DNA of 64,000 nucleotides from Escherichia phage 241: sequence record OR924452; one strand, 5' to 3'. Shown piece by piece: positions 62,874 to 64,000 of this stretch (position 1 is its first letter; each line of letters starts with the position of its first letter). The notes under the pieces were generated by a model. It saw only the letters and a program-made list of their open reading frames with translations, ran no database searches and was not told where the DNA came from. The position numbers and the translations under genes were made by a program.

Positions 62874-63737
62874 ATGACAACTACATTTAATAAAAACGTG
62901 AGACTGAATCTGGCTTTTGGTAATGCTGCAGGGGACGTGACCGCCCCCGACTTTAGCAAAATACGCAATCAGGCGAAACTCGTGCTGGAAGAGACCCGCG
63001 AACTTCTGGAAGCGGCTTATTACGATCATCAAGTGGTTCTAACATTAGAATTGAATCCTCGAGAAAGCGAGACGCCGACCACTACCGAAGATCTGATGAA
63101 AGCCATCATGGACGCGCAGGGTGATATCACTACTGTTAACGACGGTGTGGCCCATATCGCGGGTTTCAATGGCGATGAGTGCTTACAGCGCGTGTTTGCT
63201 TCCAACATGAGCAAGTTTATCCGCTCTGAAGATGAAGTCGGTCCGGCTCTGGACTATTACTATTCTCGCGGTTTCCCTGATGGGCAATTGCGTGTGGAAG
63301 GCGAATTCCCTCAGGCATGTATTAAAGTTAATGAAACTGTCGTTTGGAATGGTAAAGAATATCCTAAAGGGAAATTCCTTAAAAACATGGCCGTTTTCCA
63401 AGAGCCTGATTTTTCTGACATGCTGACCAAAACTCCTTCCCGTCAGATCAACGATATCGTTGCCAGCATGGCGATTGAAGAAGGTCAGGTGTTTATCGAT
63501 GATCTCAATGGCGTGGCGTTGGTATCTCCGAACACATTGGGTGTAATCCTTTCCATGGCTGTTGAAAAAACTTCTCAACCTGTAGAGATCGACGGGCAAA
63601 TCGAAAGTTATGTGCCAGCGTTCATCGTGGATGACACCAATATGCCTAAGCTGTGTGGGGTGTGGGGTTCTAATGTTCGTGTTTATGCGAGCACTCCAGT
63701 GCAGAACACGGTAACACACCTCTCCCGTATCGATTAA
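62874..63737 (+). CDS. Hypothetical protein
   Basis: 288-aa ORF starting at the ATG at 62874 (MTTTFNK); terminator follows. Confidence 0.55.
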   Translation: MTTTFNKNVRLNLAFGNAAGDVTAPDFSKIRNQAKLVLEETRELLEAAYYDHQVVLTLELNPRESETPTTTEDLMKAIMDAQGDITTVNDGVAHIAGFNGDECLQRVFASNMSKFIRSEDEVGPALDYYYSRGFPDGQLRVEGEFPQACIKVNETVVWNGKEYPKGKFLKNMAVFQEPDFSDMLTKTPSRQINDIVASMAIEEGQVFIDDLNGVALVSPNTLGVILSMAVEKTSQPVEIDGQIESYVPAFIVDDTNMPKLCGVWGSNVRVYASTPVQNTVTHLSRID

Positions 63738-63757
63738 TATAAACCGTTATTCATTAA

Positions 63758-63790
63758 ACAACAGAGGCTATAATGGCCTCTGTTTTTGTA
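63758..63790 (+). terminator. Rho-independent terminator
   Basis: CAGAGGCTATAATGGCCTCTG hairpin plus TTTTTGTATT. Confidence 0.75.
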
Positions 63791-63805
63791 TTCTAGAGAG
63801 GATAC

Positions 63806-64000
63806 CATGAAAGATAAACCGTGTGACATTCCTTATTGCGGTGTTCGGGAAACCAAAATTAAATCTGCACACCCCACGTTAAGTCCATTCCATAAACAAC
63901 TCGCATACGAATGGATGAGTGAGCGCTATAAGATCCACGTGAGAAAGGACGTCCAACGTCTTCCTGCTCCTTGGACGGATAATCCCATACTACGGCAGGT
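63806..64000 (+). CDS. Hypothetical protein, N-terminal part only; runs off the window end
   Basis: AGAGAGGA RBS before ATG 63806 (MKDKPCDIPYCG...); no stop before position 64000. Confidence 0.4.

Overview
This window reads as a tailed-phage genome segment of the T4 superfamily (myovirus), assigned by protein motifs and T4-like gene order; no database search was run. Recognisable blocks: (1) minus-strand replication and nucleotide-metabolism genes at 1-12.8 kb, including a family-B DNA polymerase, a P-loop kinase and a fold-type-II PLP enzyme; (2) an ORF-poor, highly structured 4.4-kb RNA island at 12.8-17.2 kb with three canonical minus-strand tRNAs (Ile-GAT, Tyr-GTA, Met-CAT), several tRNA-like 3' modules and at least five long perfect inverted repeats; (3) a plus-strand structural operon: gp6-like baseplate wedge, a repeat-containing fiber, four tandem tailspike genes, a 1612-aa virion protein, then T4-ordered gp13-14-15-16-17-18-19-20-67-68-21-22-23; (4) a block of small early-type genes; (5) uvsW helicase and the gp45-gp44-gp62-regA replication block. 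Mobile elements are a 159-aa mini-intein in the terminase P-loop and a GIY-YIG homing endonuclease between the tail sheath and tail tube genes. The tailspike set plus candidate thymidine-hypermodification enzymes suggest an Ackermannviridae (ViI-like) or similar lineage, but that is inference. The most unusual feature is the structured RNA island, whose function I cannot assign from sequence alone.
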